From contig CAXXFV010000023.1 in the NCBI GenBank assembly GCA_963674595.2, forward strand, positions 416,001 through 480,000: 64,000 nt of DNA, read 5' to 3'. Source of the stretch: a bacterium (GTDB taxonomy: Bacteria > Zhuqueibacterota > Zhuqueibacteria > Residuimicrobiales > Krinioviventaceae). How positions within the stretch are numbered: the stretch's first letter is position 1; the number at the start of each line of letters is the position of its first letter. This document shows positions 38,126 through 48,473 of this stretch, piece after piece. The position numbers and the translations under genes were made by a program. The notes beneath the pieces are model-generated. The model was not told the origin of the DNA, did no database searches, and saw nothing but the letters and a program-made list of their open reading frames with translations.

Positions 38126-41100
38126 GTGGTAACAACAAAACTCATACGATATTTACTGCCGTTTTTTTTTGCATGTTCACTTTTTGCCCAAACCAAGGGG
38201 AAACTGGAAACAATCAGTTTGTTTGAAAAAGAGGTGTTCCTTCGTGGTGAAGACCGCCGGGGACCCTATTTTTTGCCGGACAGTTTGATTATTCAGGGCT
38301 CTGAAAAAGTTTTTATCGACAACAATCTGCTGCAAACCGATGAATATGAAATGGATTATATTCATGGTGAAATCCGTTTTCCTGTTTCCGTGCCTGCCGG
38401 TGCGGAAATTCGGTTGAGCTATAAAAAATCTCCCTATATTTTTCAAAAAGAATATTATCATCACAAACTGATAAGACGCGTATTTGGTGCGCCGACTGAA
38501 TCGGTGGATATGAGATTCAAACCGAAAAACGAAGAAGAGGATATTGCCGCTCAACTCACCAAAAGCGGAAGTATTACCCGTGGCGTCACCGTCGGATCAA
38601 ATCGTGGTTTAAAGGTGAATTCCAGTTTGAACATTAATGTCAGTGGAAAGGTCGCGGAAAATGTAGAGGTCGTTGCCGCGTTGACAGACCAGTCCACACC
38701 GATTCAGCCTGAAGGAACGACCCAGAACCTTCAGGAAATTGATAAAGTTTTTGTTCAGATTAAGGCACCGAATGTTTCGGCAACCATGGGAGATTTTAAT
38801 CTTGAATATTCATCAACCCAGTTTGCCGGTTACAGCCGAAAACTTCAGGGCGCTATGGGTAAAGTTGAATATGATCATTACAATGTTACTGTTTCCGGCG
38901 CTGTTTCCCGTGGAAAATATTATTCCATGTCTTTCCTTGGCTCGGAAGGGAACCAGGGACCTTATCAGTTACAGGGCGACCGGGGACAGATTGATATTAT
39001 TGTATTGGCCGGAACAGAACGTGTGTTTATCGACGGTGAGGCAATGGTGCGCGGAGAAACCAATGATTATATTATTGATTATGCTTCCGGGCAAATTACA
39101 TTTTCCCGTAGACGGTTAATTACCTCCGATTCCAGAATTGTTGTTGATTTTCAGTATTCTGATGAAAAATTTAAACGAAATTTATATTCTGCCAATGCCA
39201 ATACCAGCTTATGGGATGGAAAGTTTAAATTCGGTACCACTCTATTACGGGAATCTGACGACAAAGAAAATCCATTGGATTTTACATTAACCGACGAAAA
39301 ACGGGAGGTCCTTGCACAAGCCGGCGATGAAAGCAATAATGCAGTATTGAACGGAGCTACCTATGTCGGTAAAGGAAACGGACGTTATATTTTAAACACA
39401 GACAGTGCGTTTGTTTATGTCGGTCCGGATTCCGGTGATTATACTGTTGTGTTTTCCGATGTGGGAGAGGGCAAGGGTGATTACCTTTATAAAGGCGGCG
39501 GTATTTATGAATATGCCGGAAAAAATGACGGACGTTATGCACCGGTGGTTTTATTACCCACGGCAAAAAGCCATAGTGTTCTGGACTTTGATATGGCATT
39601 ATCGCCGGTATCGTTTTTTAGCATCAACAGCGAAATTGCCGTCAGCAGTCTGGATAATAACCTGTACTCGAAAATTGATGACAATGATAACCAGGGTTAT
39701 GCCCAAAACTGGACTGTTTCGTTAAAGCCCAATTCTCTCAGGTTTTTGGGTAAAAACTGGGGCGCTTTAAATGTTAAAGGCAATTATCGTAAAATTGATG
39801 ACCAGTTTAACGACATTGACCGGACCAATGAAGTTGAGTATAATCGCAAATGGGATATAGGCAGCAGCCAAAGCAGAGAGGAAATCGTTAAGGAAACATC
39901 AGTACTTTATGAACCGATAAAAGACCTTGCTTTTGGCGGAGAACTTGGGGCAATCGACAAAGGCTCTTATTTTTCTTCCAACAGATGGTCGGCTTCCAGC
40001 CGTTTGGCGCGGAAAAATATTCCGTCTTTTAATTATAAAGTTGAAGATATTAATAAAAATGATAAAAATAATCAGCAAACCAGTGACTGGCTGCGGCAAA
40101 AGGGACAGGCAGAATATAGTTTTTGGAAAATAAAACCGTCCGTAGCTTTTGAAGGCGAAATTAAAAAAGAAAACTGGTCTGATTCTGTTTACACCGGATT
40201 TCGATTTGAAAATTTTACCGGCGGGCTGGAGGCAAGGCCATTTTCTAAATTGACGGCTTTTGCCAAATTTTCACAGCGTCAGGACTCGGACTATTTGGGA
40301 AATAATCTTTTCGAAAAAGTATCAACAGCGACAACACAAAATTATCAACTTCAATTACAACGGTATAAATCACTTACTGCTTCTTTTGAATTTACACATC
40401 GGGAAAAAAGTTATACAAATCCGGAGACCAGTAATCAGCGTACTGATTTGGCGGAAATTCGTCTACAATCGACTCCCTGGAAAAGGGCTGTTCAGGCAAA
40501 TATGATCTATCAGATTTCAAATACAGCTACCGCGCAAAAAGAACGTGTCTATATCCAGGTCAGCCAGGGAGATGGAAATTATCGTTTTGACGAGGAATTG
40601 AACGAATATGTGAATGATCCGTTGGGTGATTATATCATGCGGATTTTGACAACAGACCAATTTATACCTGTTGTGGAATTGAAAACAAGCTCCCGAATTC
40701 GTTTAACACCCAAACTTTTGTTTAGTTCAAAGTCAAAAAATACTAAAAAAAAGCTATCTCTGTGGAAACGATCAATACAGGCCCTGTCGTCTGAAACCTA
40801 TATCGCTTTGGAGGAGAACACGCAGGAGGATGATGTTTGGGATATTTATTTGTTAAAATTGTCAAAATTTCGACAACCGAACACAACAATTTTTGGTAAT
40901 ATGCTTTTTCGTCAGGATCTCCATATTTTTGAAAATAACCGGGATTTTTCCATTCGGTTACGGCACCAAAATCGTGATGAAAAAAATAATCAATACCTGG
41001 AAGGCGGCCAGGACCGGATAGAAAACAAGAATGCTGCCAGAATTACCGCCCGATTGAGTAAAAAGTTCAGCAGCCAAACCGAGTTGACACAAAAGCGGAC

Positions 41101-41548
41101 GGCACGGATTTTTAATATCAGCGGACGACAAGACCGTGATATTTATGCAACCATTTTAAACACTGATATTTCTTTCAGGCCCAAGGCCCCGCTTGAACTT
41201 GCTTTGGAGGGCCGTTCGTCCTGGGAAGAGGACCGTTTTTATGAAACACCGACAGAGGTTCGGGCCTATGCTCTGATACCGCGTGTGAATTATTCTTTTC
41301 GTGGTAAGGGCCGGTTAAGGACCGAATTTGAGTGGAGCCACGTAACGGCAACACCAAATGACAGACTCATTCCCTATGAAATGGCTGACGGCAGAAGTAT
41401 CGGGAGTTCCGTTCGCTGGGACGTTCGTTTTGATTATCGTATTTCTCAAACTATTCAGGCTTCGTTTTCCTATACCGGACGAAATGAACCGGAACGAGAT
41501 AGAACCATACATACGGCCCGTGCACAGGTGACAGCCGCGTTTCACTAG
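38126..41548 (+). CDS. Large (1140 aa) putative outer-membrane beta-barrel protein, possibly SprA-related
   Basis: Signal peptide, alternating beta-strand pattern, two DYxxGxIxF modules, C-terminal AQVTAAFH strand. Confidence 0.6.
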   Translation: MVTTKLIRYLLPFFFACSLFAQTKGKLETISLFEKEVFLRGEDRRGPYFLPDSLIIQGSEKVFIDNNLLQTDEYEMDYIHGEIRFPVSVPAGAEIRLSYKKSPYIFQKEYYHHKLIRRVFGAPTESVDMRFKPKNEEEDIAAQLTKSGSITRGVTVGSNRGLKVNSSLNINVSGKVAENVEVVAALTDQSTPIQPEGTTQNLQEIDKVFVQIKAPNVSATMGDFNLEYSSTQFAGYSRKLQGAMGKVEYDHYNVTVSGAVSRGKYYSMSFLGSEGNQGPYQLQGDRGQIDIIVLAGTERVFIDGEAMVRGETNDYIIDYASGQITFSRRRLITSDSRIVVDFQYSDEKFKRNLYSANANTSLWDGKFKFGTTLLRESDDKENPLDFTLTDEKREVLAQAGDESNNAVLNGATYVGKGNGRYILNTDSAFVYVGPDSGDYTVVFSDVGEGKGDYLYKGGGIYEYAGKNDGRYAPVVLLPTAKSHSVLDFDMALSPVSFFSINSEIAVSSLDNNLYSKIDDNDNQGYAQNWTVSLKPNSLRFLGKNWGALNVKGNYRKIDDQFNDIDRTNEVEYNRKWDIGSSQSREEIVKETSVLYEPIKDLAFGGELGAIDKGSYFSSNRWSASSRLARKNIPSFNYKVEDINKNDKNNQQTSDWLRQKGQAEYSFWKIKPSVAFEGEIKKENWSDSVYTGFRFENFTGGLEARPFSKLTAFAKFSQRQDSDYLGNNLFEKVSTATTQNYQLQLQRYKSLTASFEFTHREKSYTNPETSNQRTDLAEIRLQSTPWKRAVQANMIYQISNTATAQKERVYIQVSQGDGNYRFDEELNEYVNDPLGDYIMRILTTDQFIPVVELKTSSRIRLTPKLLFSSKSKNTKKKLSLWKRSIQALSSETYIALEENTQEDDVWDIYLLKLSKFRQPNTTIFGNMLFRQDLHIFENNRDFSIRLRHQNRDEKNNQYLEGGQDRIENKNAARITARLSKKFSSQTELTQKRTARIFNISGRQDRDIYATILNTDISFRPKAPLELALEGRSSWEEDRFYETPTEVRAYALIPRVNYSFRGKGRLRTEFEWSHVTATPNDRLIPYEMADGRSIGSSVRWDVRFDYRISQTIQASFSYTGRNEPERDRTIHTARAQVTAAFH

Positions 41549-41572
41549 TTGAAATTTAATCAGGAGTAAGTT

Positions 41573-42286
41573 GTGATGAATTTATCTGCAAGATGGCAAA
41601 AAGCCCAACAGTATGAAAAGCAGTGGTGGGAGGACCGAATAGACGCTATTGATACCGATTTTTATAAGGCCTATGCGCAGGATTTGATGGCTGAACTTGA
41701 TGGGATAATGGAATTTGATGAAAACACACGAATCCTGGAGGTCGGCAGTGGTGCCGCTGGAATAATTACCTACTTGCCTGGAAATTTTCGTTGTGCCATT
41801 GATCCTCTTGAAGATTTTTATGGGACCGTGCTCAAGTTTACCAAAAACAGGGACCCAAAAGTCAGGTATTCCACAGGTAAAGGCGAGTCCTTACAATTTG
41901 ATGATCAATGTATGGATTTGGTAATAATTGATAATGTTTTGGACCACTGCGAGGACGTTAAACAGGTTTTTTTGGAAATGTTTCGTGTTTTGGATGTAAA
42001 TGGAATTGTTTATCTGCGGTTAAATACCTATAACAAATGGGGTAAATTTATTCGCGTTATTGTCGAATTGTTTCAGATTGATGAAGGGCATCCTTATACT
42101 TTTTCAGTCAAAAATTTACGGATCCTTTTTCAAGATAGCGGATTTACGGTAGTCAAGCATAAAAGCGCTGGTTTTTTCAATATTTGGCTGAAACAAGTTC
42201 GTTCGAAAAAAATAAAAGAATGGGCCAAGGCTGTTTTGTTGGCTGTGCCGGACAAGTCTTTATTTGTATTAAAAAAACAAAATTAA
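41573..42286 (+). CDS. Class I SAM-dependent methyltransferase
   Basis: ILEVGSGAAG, IDPL, NVLDH. Confidence 0.85.
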   Translation: MMNLSARWQKAQQYEKQWWEDRIDAIDTDFYKAYAQDLMAELDGIMEFDENTRILEVGSGAAGIITYLPGNFRCAIDPLEDFYGTVLKFTKNRDPKVRYSTGKGESLQFDDQCMDLVIIDNVLDHCEDVKQVFLEMFRVLDVNGIVYLRLNTYNKWGKFIRVIVELFQIDEGHPYTFSVKNLRILFQDSGFTVVKHKSAGFFNIWLKQVRSKKIKEWAKAVLLAVPDKSLFVLKKQN

Positions 42287-42289
42287 AAC

Positions 42290-44059
42290 ATGAAAATATT
42301 CATTTATATATTACTGATTTCAAGTTCTGTTGTTTATTCGGCTGATGTGCGCAAACCATCTGTTCAGGTAGAACATGTCGAGTTTTACGGTGTTTCCAAA
42401 TCCCATGAACATAAAGTAAAAGAATGGTTTGATATAAAAGAAAGTTCTGTTTTTCGTTTGCAATTGTTGGAACAGAGTTGTAAAAAGGTATTAAACGAGT
42501 ACGGCAAAATAGGTATGCCTTTTACAAAAATCGATTCTGTTATTTATTTCATCAATGCTGATTCCAGTAAAGCCGATATACATGTTTATTTGAACGAAGG
42601 GGGTATTGTAAAAACAGGTAATATCCAATTGATAAATCCTGATACAACAGTGACAACAGAATTAAAAGAGCGTTTTGAATCGGCTCCCGGACAAGATGTC
42701 TCTGTAGGCCGTATTGAGTCGGATATTGACGATGCATTGACACAGTTGGAAAAAGACGGACGTCCGTTCGGACGATTTCGGCTAAAGGCCATCAACCTGG
42801 ATTCTGTCGATAATTATTCGGAATTTAATGTTGGATTTGAAACATCCATCGGGCCCCGGCTTGTTATACAGGAAATTCAACTGGCCGGCAACAAGGTGAC
42901 GAAAGACCATGTTATTATTCGGGAAACACGAATAAAACCGGGAGACATTTATAATGAGACCAAGGTTAAAAACATTCGTACGCGTTTGATGCGCCTTGGT
43001 TTTTTTCAACATGTAGATGAACCGGCAGTGTTTTTGGCGGATAAAGATAAGGGCGGTTTGCTGATCAGAGTATCGGAAGGGAATGCCAGTACTTTTGACG
43101 GTGTAATTGGCTATAATCCGGGAACAACGGATGAAAAAGGATATTTTACAGGTTTAATTGATATTTCACTGGGAAATCTGTTCGGCACCGGACGCTCTTT
43201 AAAGGTCCACTGGCAGAAAAGAGACCAAAAAACTCAGGATATTGAATTCCATTATAAAGAACCCTGGATTGCCGGTTTTCCGGTGCACGCCGGTTTTGGT
43301 TTTGAACAGCTCATTCAGGATACCACCTATGTGCAGCGGCAAGTTGCTGTGGATGTTTCCATGCCTCTTTTTGAAAATTTATCAGCCTTTACCAAATTAA
43401 GCCGATTGGAAATATCACCCGATTCCACCGGAAGTTATTTGCTGGGCATTCCAAGAAGCCGGACATTAAATGCTTCTATCGGTATCAGCTATGATACGCG
43501 TGATGATTTGCTGAACCCGAGACAAGGCGCCTTTTATGAAACAAGCATTCAGGCTGGAAAGAAAAAAAATCTGGGACCGGATGATTTGGTTGAAGCATAT
43601 CAATTGAAAAAAAATATAAACAACAAACAAATTTCATTGGATATTGAATTTTATATTCCTTTATTTAAAAGACAGGTTTTTGCGTTATCTTTTCACGGTC
43701 GTCAAATAACCAGTAATGAACAATATATACCTGTTCCTGACCAGTATCGGTTGGGAGGTGCCAGAACGTTGAGAGGATACCGTGAAGATCAGTTCAGAGG
43801 GAGTAGTGTGGCGTGGTCAAACGTGGAGTACCGTTATATCCTTGGTCGACGGTCGCGTGCTTTTCTTTTTACGGACCATGGTTATTATACCAGTTTGAAC
43901 GAATCCGGAAAAACCGAAGCCTATAAAATTGGATATGGTTTTGGTTTTCGTTTGGAAACCGGCTTGGGAATTATGGGTATTGACTATGGTTTCGGAAAAG
44001 GGGAGGGTGACGGTTTGTTTAGCGGAAAGATACATGTTGGCTTAATTAACGAGTTTTAA
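42290..44059 (+). CDS. Omp85 (BamA/TamA) family protein with POTRA domains
   Basis: GNKVTKDHVIIRE POTRA, NLFGTG, LGGARTLRGY (VRGF-like motif), terminal Phe. Confidence 0.88.
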   Translation: MKIFIYILLISSSVVYSADVRKPSVQVEHVEFYGVSKSHEHKVKEWFDIKESSVFRLQLLEQSCKKVLNEYGKIGMPFTKIDSVIYFINADSSKADIHVYLNEGGIVKTGNIQLINPDTTVTTELKERFESAPGQDVSVGRIESDIDDALTQLEKDGRPFGRFRLKAINLDSVDNYSEFNVGFETSIGPRLVIQEIQLAGNKVTKDHVIIRETRIKPGDIYNETKVKNIRTRLMRLGFFQHVDEPAVFLADKDKGGLLIRVSEGNASTFDGVIGYNPGTTDEKGYFTGLIDISLGNLFGTGRSLKVHWQKRDQKTQDIEFHYKEPWIAGFPVHAGFGFEQLIQDTTYVQRQVAVDVSMPLFENLSAFTKLSRLEISPDSTGSYLLGIPRSRTLNASIGISYDTRDDLLNPRQGAFYETSIQAGKKKNLGPDDLVEAYQLKKNINNKQISLDIEFYIPLFKRQVFALSFHGRQITSNEQYIPVPDQYRLGGARTLRGYREDQFRGSSVAWSNVEYRYILGRRSRAFLFTDHGYYTSLNESGKTEAYKIGYGFGFRLETGLGIMGIDYGFGKGEGDGLFSGKIHVGLINEF

Positions 44060-44143
44060 TAATATAATATTTAAAAACATAGACATCTTTTAATTTTTTT
44101 TGTACATTTCATTAAACAATAACTGATTAGTAGCGAGCAAATC

Positions 44144-45700
44144 ATGAAATTACATTCGGACAAATTCCCTTTTTCAGGATTGATGTTTTTTATCCCGGTT
44201 ATTCTGCTTTTACTGTTCTTTTCTCAAGATGTTTTTGCAGATACGACAAACGTTATGATAGTCCTTGATGCTTCCGGAAGTATGGGTGAAAAAATTGAGG
44301 GCCAGACAAAGCTTGATATTGCAAAAAAAGTGATTCATGATGTTCTTTTAACACTCCCGCCGGATGTTCGGGTTGGTTTACGTGTATACGGGCATCAATC
44401 GCCCAAATTTTTAAAAGACTGTTATGATTCCAGATTGGAAGTCCCTCTCGGATTCCATGACGCTTCACAAATAGAAAAGGTGCTTGTGCCTATTCAGCCC
44501 AGAGGATATACTCCATTGGCATATACACTGGATGCTATTAAAAATGATTTTATATATAACGGAAAGAATGTTATTATTTGTATGACGGATGGTGTGGAGA
44601 CCTGTGATGGTGACCCTTGTTTGATTGCTGATAATTTAAGGCGCCTGGATATTTCTGTAAAAATTCACATGATTGGGTTTGATGTGGGTGAAATCGATCA
44701 GGAAATCCTCATGTGTGTTCCAAAAAATTCAGGCGGACAATATTTTTCTGCAAATAATTCCGTCCAGTTGGAAAATGCATTGCAGGATGCTTTTAAAATG
44801 AGTATTAATCCCGGATATTTAATCCTGGAGTTTAAAAATTTAAAACTTGGAGGCGGTGTTATTTTCGGCAAACTGTTTACCGAAGATAATGAATTCCTTT
44901 TTTCGCAGGCCAGAACAGATCAAAAAATAGCATTACCACCCGGTGTTTTCAAAATTCGGGATTTTTATATATGGTCTCCGTCAGACCCCAATCCATATAA
45001 TGATTCTAATGTTTCCATTGATAGTGTTCGTGTCGTCAGTGGTAATGAAACCGTCGTCCCTTTGGATGAGTATGCGATTATTGACGCCGAAATTATTTTC
45101 CCGATGGACTTTCCACAGGAAACCAAAGTAATCATAAATGATTTAACGCGTGCCAAAATACACGATGAAATTATTATCAATGCTGTGGAAAAAAAGTTTT
45201 TACTGCGTTCCGGGGAATATAAAATTTCTGCGAGTTTAGTATCTGAACCTGATAGAATAATAGCGAAACAATATGTGTTTTTGCCGCAATCCTATAATGA
45301 AATTATTATAGATTTAAAACCGTTTGATTATACGCCTTTTATTTTTGGCGGTGGAATAGGGCTTTTTGTTCTTTTTCTTATTTTATGGATGCGCAAATCA
45401 CGCCAGGACCCCCATAAAGTAATTATTGAATTTGCAAAAAATCCTCAATCATTTCGAGGCAAAATTGTGGAACTGGAGCTTCGTTTGAGCCCGGAAGACA
45501 AAGCATGTGGACATGCTGTTTCATTTTGGACTTATTTCCCCGTAGACCTGGGTGTCCAGATTTATGTTCCGGCGAAATTTTTCAAAATTAAGAGTTTTGA
45601 TACCAGTTATAAAATTTTGGTGAAATTTATGTGCCAATCCGGAGATCATTTAAAAGGTAATGTTTTGATTTCTTATAAAAGAGGTACAAAAATTAAATAG
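44144..45700 (+). CDS. VWA (MIDAS) domain membrane-anchored protein
   Basis: VLDASGSM, GYTPLA, TDGVETCDGDPC; TM near aa 397-415. Confidence 0.85.
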   Translation: MKLHSDKFPFSGLMFFIPVILLLLFFSQDVFADTTNVMIVLDASGSMGEKIEGQTKLDIAKKVIHDVLLTLPPDVRVGLRVYGHQSPKFLKDCYDSRLEVPLGFHDASQIEKVLVPIQPRGYTPLAYTLDAIKNDFIYNGKNVIICMTDGVETCDGDPCLIADNLRRLDISVKIHMIGFDVGEIDQEILMCVPKNSGGQYFSANNSVQLENALQDAFKMSINPGYLILEFKNLKLGGGVIFGKLFTEDNEFLFSQARTDQKIALPPGVFKIRDFYIWSPSDPNPYNDSNVSIDSVRVVSGNETVVPLDEYAIIDAEIIFPMDFPQETKVIINDLTRAKIHDEIIINAVEKKFLLRSGEYKISASLVSEPDRIIAKQYVFLPQSYNEIIIDLKPFDYTPFIFGGGIGLFVLFLILWMRKSRQDPHKVIIEFAKNPQSFRGKIVELELRLSPEDKACGHAVSFWTYFPVDLGVQIYVPAKFFKIKSFDTSYKILVKFMCQSGDHLKGNVLISYKRGTKIK

Positions 45701-45722
45701 TATTATTTGAGTAGAGGTTAAA

Positions 45723-46277
45723 TTGTCCGATTCTGTATTAAGAAAATTAAGCTTTGAAGAAATTCACAGTCAACGTCCTGATATAAAAAAATTGTCCAAA
45801 ATTGATCGTCATCCTGTTGTTGTATTGCTGGATGATATTAGGAGTTTGCATAATGTTGGGGCTGTTTTCCGAACTGCGGATGGTATTCATTTGGAACATA
45901 TATATTTATGCGGTATTACCGGAACACCCCCCAGAACTGAAATTCGTAAAACCAGTCTAGGAGCAGAGGAAGCTGTTCCCTGGACCTATATTAATGATGC
46001 GGCCGGTGTTATTGAACAATTAAAAAAAGATGGTTATCAAATTGTTGTTTTGGAACATACCAACGATAGCAAGGACTTTCGCAAAGCCGACTATAAATTC
46101 CCTCTTTGCCTTATTGTGGGCAATGAGTTTCACGGTGTAAAGGATGAACTTGTTCCCATGGCTGATTTGGCGATTGAAATTCCCATGTTTGGAATTAAAC
46201 AATCCTTTAATGTTTCTGTTGCCTTTGGCATAGCCGCTTATGAAATTTTGTCTCATTGGGAACAGAATAATAAATAG
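45723..46277 (+). CDS. SpoU/TrmH-family RNA methyltransferase
   Basis: DIRSLHNVGAVFRTAD, GNEFHG, EIPMFGIKQSFNVSVA. Confidence 0.92.
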   Translation: MSDSVLRKLSFEEIHSQRPDIKKLSKIDRHPVVVLLDDIRSLHNVGAVFRTADGIHLEHIYLCGITGTPPRTEIRKTSLGAEEAVPWTYINDAAGVIEQLKKDGYQIVVLEHTNDSKDFRKADYKFPLCLIVGNEFHGVKDELVPMADLAIEIPMFGIKQSFNVSVAFGIAAYEILSHWEQNNK

Positions 46278-46490
46278 TTGGGATTGTTATCAAGTCAAAT
46301 GAAAAACTATTTTTCAAAAATCGACCGTTTTCAGAAAAGAGGAATAGTGTGCATTGTAATTGGCGCTTTGTTGCTTGTTTATAAAGGCCTTGTCGTTAAA
46401 ACAATGTCATACATCGAGTTTCTGCTTTACCTGGGTCTTATAGGTGTTGGTGTGATTATAATGACACATTTGAAGGAAAATAAAGACTGA
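46278..46490 (+). CDS. Small 2-TM hypothetical protein
   Basis: 70 aa with two hydrophobic helices, fills the gap in the operon; start uncertain. Confidence 0.5.
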   Translation: MGLLSSQMKNYFSKIDRFQKRGIVCIVIGALLLVYKGLVVKTMSYIEFLLYLGLIGVGVIIMTHLKENKD

Positions 46491-48454
46491 GTAACTATTG
46501 GCGACATTTTCTTTCTGGGTTTTTGTTTTTATCTGTTTCTATTGCCTTTACGCAGGAGAAATCCGGTGTATCTTTTCATCTCACCAAAAATTCATCCGCT
46601 GATATAGATTCATCTTTTGATGTTCTTTGTTATAATATTTTTTTGGATATAAATCCGCAAAATGAATATATCATTGGTGAAACAGAGCTTACATTTCGAC
46701 TGAATGAAGAAAAGTCATCAGTTTATTTGAATTTATTGGGTTTACAGGTAGATTCCGTTAAGCTGGACGATTCTGCAGTTTCATTTATTCGTGATAAAAA
46801 AGGATTATCCATTCCGATAAATTCTCCTCATGATTCGTTACGGGTTCAGGTTTATTATCAGGGCAGACCGGCAAACGACGGTACCGGCGGATTTTTCTTT
46901 ACCGATCGTTGGGTTTATACTATGGGTGAAGCGTTAAACTCTAATCCGTCGTCATCTTTTCGATATTGGGTTCCGTCGCACGATCAACCTCATGATAAAG
47001 CTGCCGTTGACCTTTATATTACTGTCCCAACCGGTTTACAGGTCGTTTCAAACGGACTTTTACTGGAACAAACGCCGGTTAACGAAAAAACGCTATTCCA
47101 TTGGCAGGAACACCATCCGATTGCTACCTATTTAATTGCTGTATCAGTCGGTGATTTTGCACATGAACAAAAAAGCTATGAGAGCATTGACGGCAATATT
47201 ATTCCTTTTGAATATTATTATTACCCGGAACATGCCGGACTTGTTCAGAAGGATTGGCAAAATACAGGAATAATGATGCGTTTTTTTGAAGAAACATTTT
47301 CTTCATATCCTTTTGACAAATACGGAATGGTTGAACTTCCCGTTTCGGGCGCTATGGAACACCAGACAATGACCTCCTATGGCCAAAATCTGCTGACCGG
47401 AAATAATAAATTTGATTATATTGTCGCCCATGAACTGGCGCACCAATGGTGGGGCGACCTGGTGACGCTTAAGGACTGGCGAGAAATATGGCTGAATGAA
47501 GGTTTTGCCAGTTATAGTGAAGCCCTTTATTTTGAACATATCGGTGGCCCGGAGGATTTGAAAGTATATATGCAGGGCCTTAAGGACCTTTATCTCAAAG
47601 AAGTGCGAAATATTGGTCATTTTCCCATTTATGATCCGGAATATATGTGGGGAGGAACGGTTTATCAAAAGGGCGCCTGGATTTTACATATGTTAAGACG
47701 ACAAATTGGAGATTCATCTTTTTTTAATTTGTTAAGAACCTATGCCCAAAATTTTGCCTATAAAAATGCTGCCATTTCGGATTTTGTTTCTCTTGCTGAA
47801 AAGGCAAGCGGCCAAAATCTGGAATGGTTTTTTGAACAATGGATATATGACAAGGGATTTCCGGAAATTGATATTGATTGGGACCTGCAACAATTATCTG
47901 AAAACCGATATGAAATTCAAATTGAACTCTCTCAAACCCAGACAACACAGGATTTTTTTGTGTTTCCGTTGGAAATAGGGATTCAAATGAAGAATTTTAT
48001 TGTTTTAGATACATTATATGTCGAGATGAAAAATCAATTGTTTGCTTTTGAAACAAACCAGGAACCTCAGAATATTTTGTTTGATCCGGATGGATGGCTT
48101 TTGACAAACATCAGAATTAAAAGCCGTCCGCTTCCTGTCGGTTTTTTGGAAAATACGATTGCTTTATCTCAAAATTACCCAAATCCCTTTATACCGGAAG
48201 AATATCAGTCTTGTTCAATAATGTTTCAGATACCGGAAAAGTATTCGCCTCAGAACGTAACCCTGGTTGTTTATAATCTGTTAGGCCAGGAGATAAAACG
48301 GCTGATAGATAAAAAAATGACGGCCGGAATTTACACCTGGCAATGGGACGGCACAGATAACAGTGGTCTCAATGTTGCAACCGGTACCTATTTTTATACA
48401 CTTGCTACAAATTATCAAACCATTAAAAAACAAATGTCGGTCATTCGACATTAA
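46487..48454 (+). CDS. M1 family aminopeptidase with C-terminal secretion-sorting/FlgD-Ig domain
   Basis: GAMEH, HELAHQWWG and WLNEGFA zinc motif; LSQNYPNPF, VYNLLGQEI, WDGTD C-terminal domain. Start is probably CTG 46487 (alternative TTG 46523). Confidence 0.88.
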   Translation: MSNYWRHFLSGFLFLSVSIAFTQEKSGVSFHLTKNSSADIDSSFDVLCYNIFLDINPQNEYIIGETELTFRLNEEKSSVYLNLLGLQVDSVKLDDSAVSFIRDKKGLSIPINSPHDSLRVQVYYQGRPANDGTGGFFFTDRWVYTMGEALNSNPSSSFRYWVPSHDQPHDKAAVDLYITVPTGLQVVSNGLLLEQTPVNEKTLFHWQEHHPIATYLIAVSVGDFAHEQKSYESIDGNIIPFEYYYYPEHAGLVQKDWQNTGIMMRFFEETFSSYPFDKYGMVELPVSGAMEHQTMTSYGQNLLTGNNKFDYIVAHELAHQWWGDLVTLKDWREIWLNEGFASYSEALYFEHIGGPEDLKVYMQGLKDLYLKEVRNIGHFPIYDPEYMWGGTVYQKGAWILHMLRRQIGDSSFFNLLRTYAQNFAYKNAAISDFVSLAEKASGQNLEWFFEQWIYDKGFPEIDIDWDLQQLSENRYEIQIELSQTQTTQDFFVFPLEIGIQMKNFIVLDTLYVEMKNQLFAFETNQEPQNILFDPDGWLLTNIRIKSRPLPVGFLENTIALSQNYPNPFIPEEYQSCSIMFQIPEKYSPQNVTLVVYNLLGQEIKRLIDKKMTAGIYTWQWDGTDNSGLNVATGTYFYTLATNYQTIKKQMSVIRH

Positions 48455-48473
48455 AATAAATGAAAGGAAAATT

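Noticed and set aside
48363-48473. N-terminal extension of the SDR given by the ORF track
   Set aside because: It overlaps the peptidase gene; ATG 48474 has a GAAAGGA SD and gives a typical SDR length.
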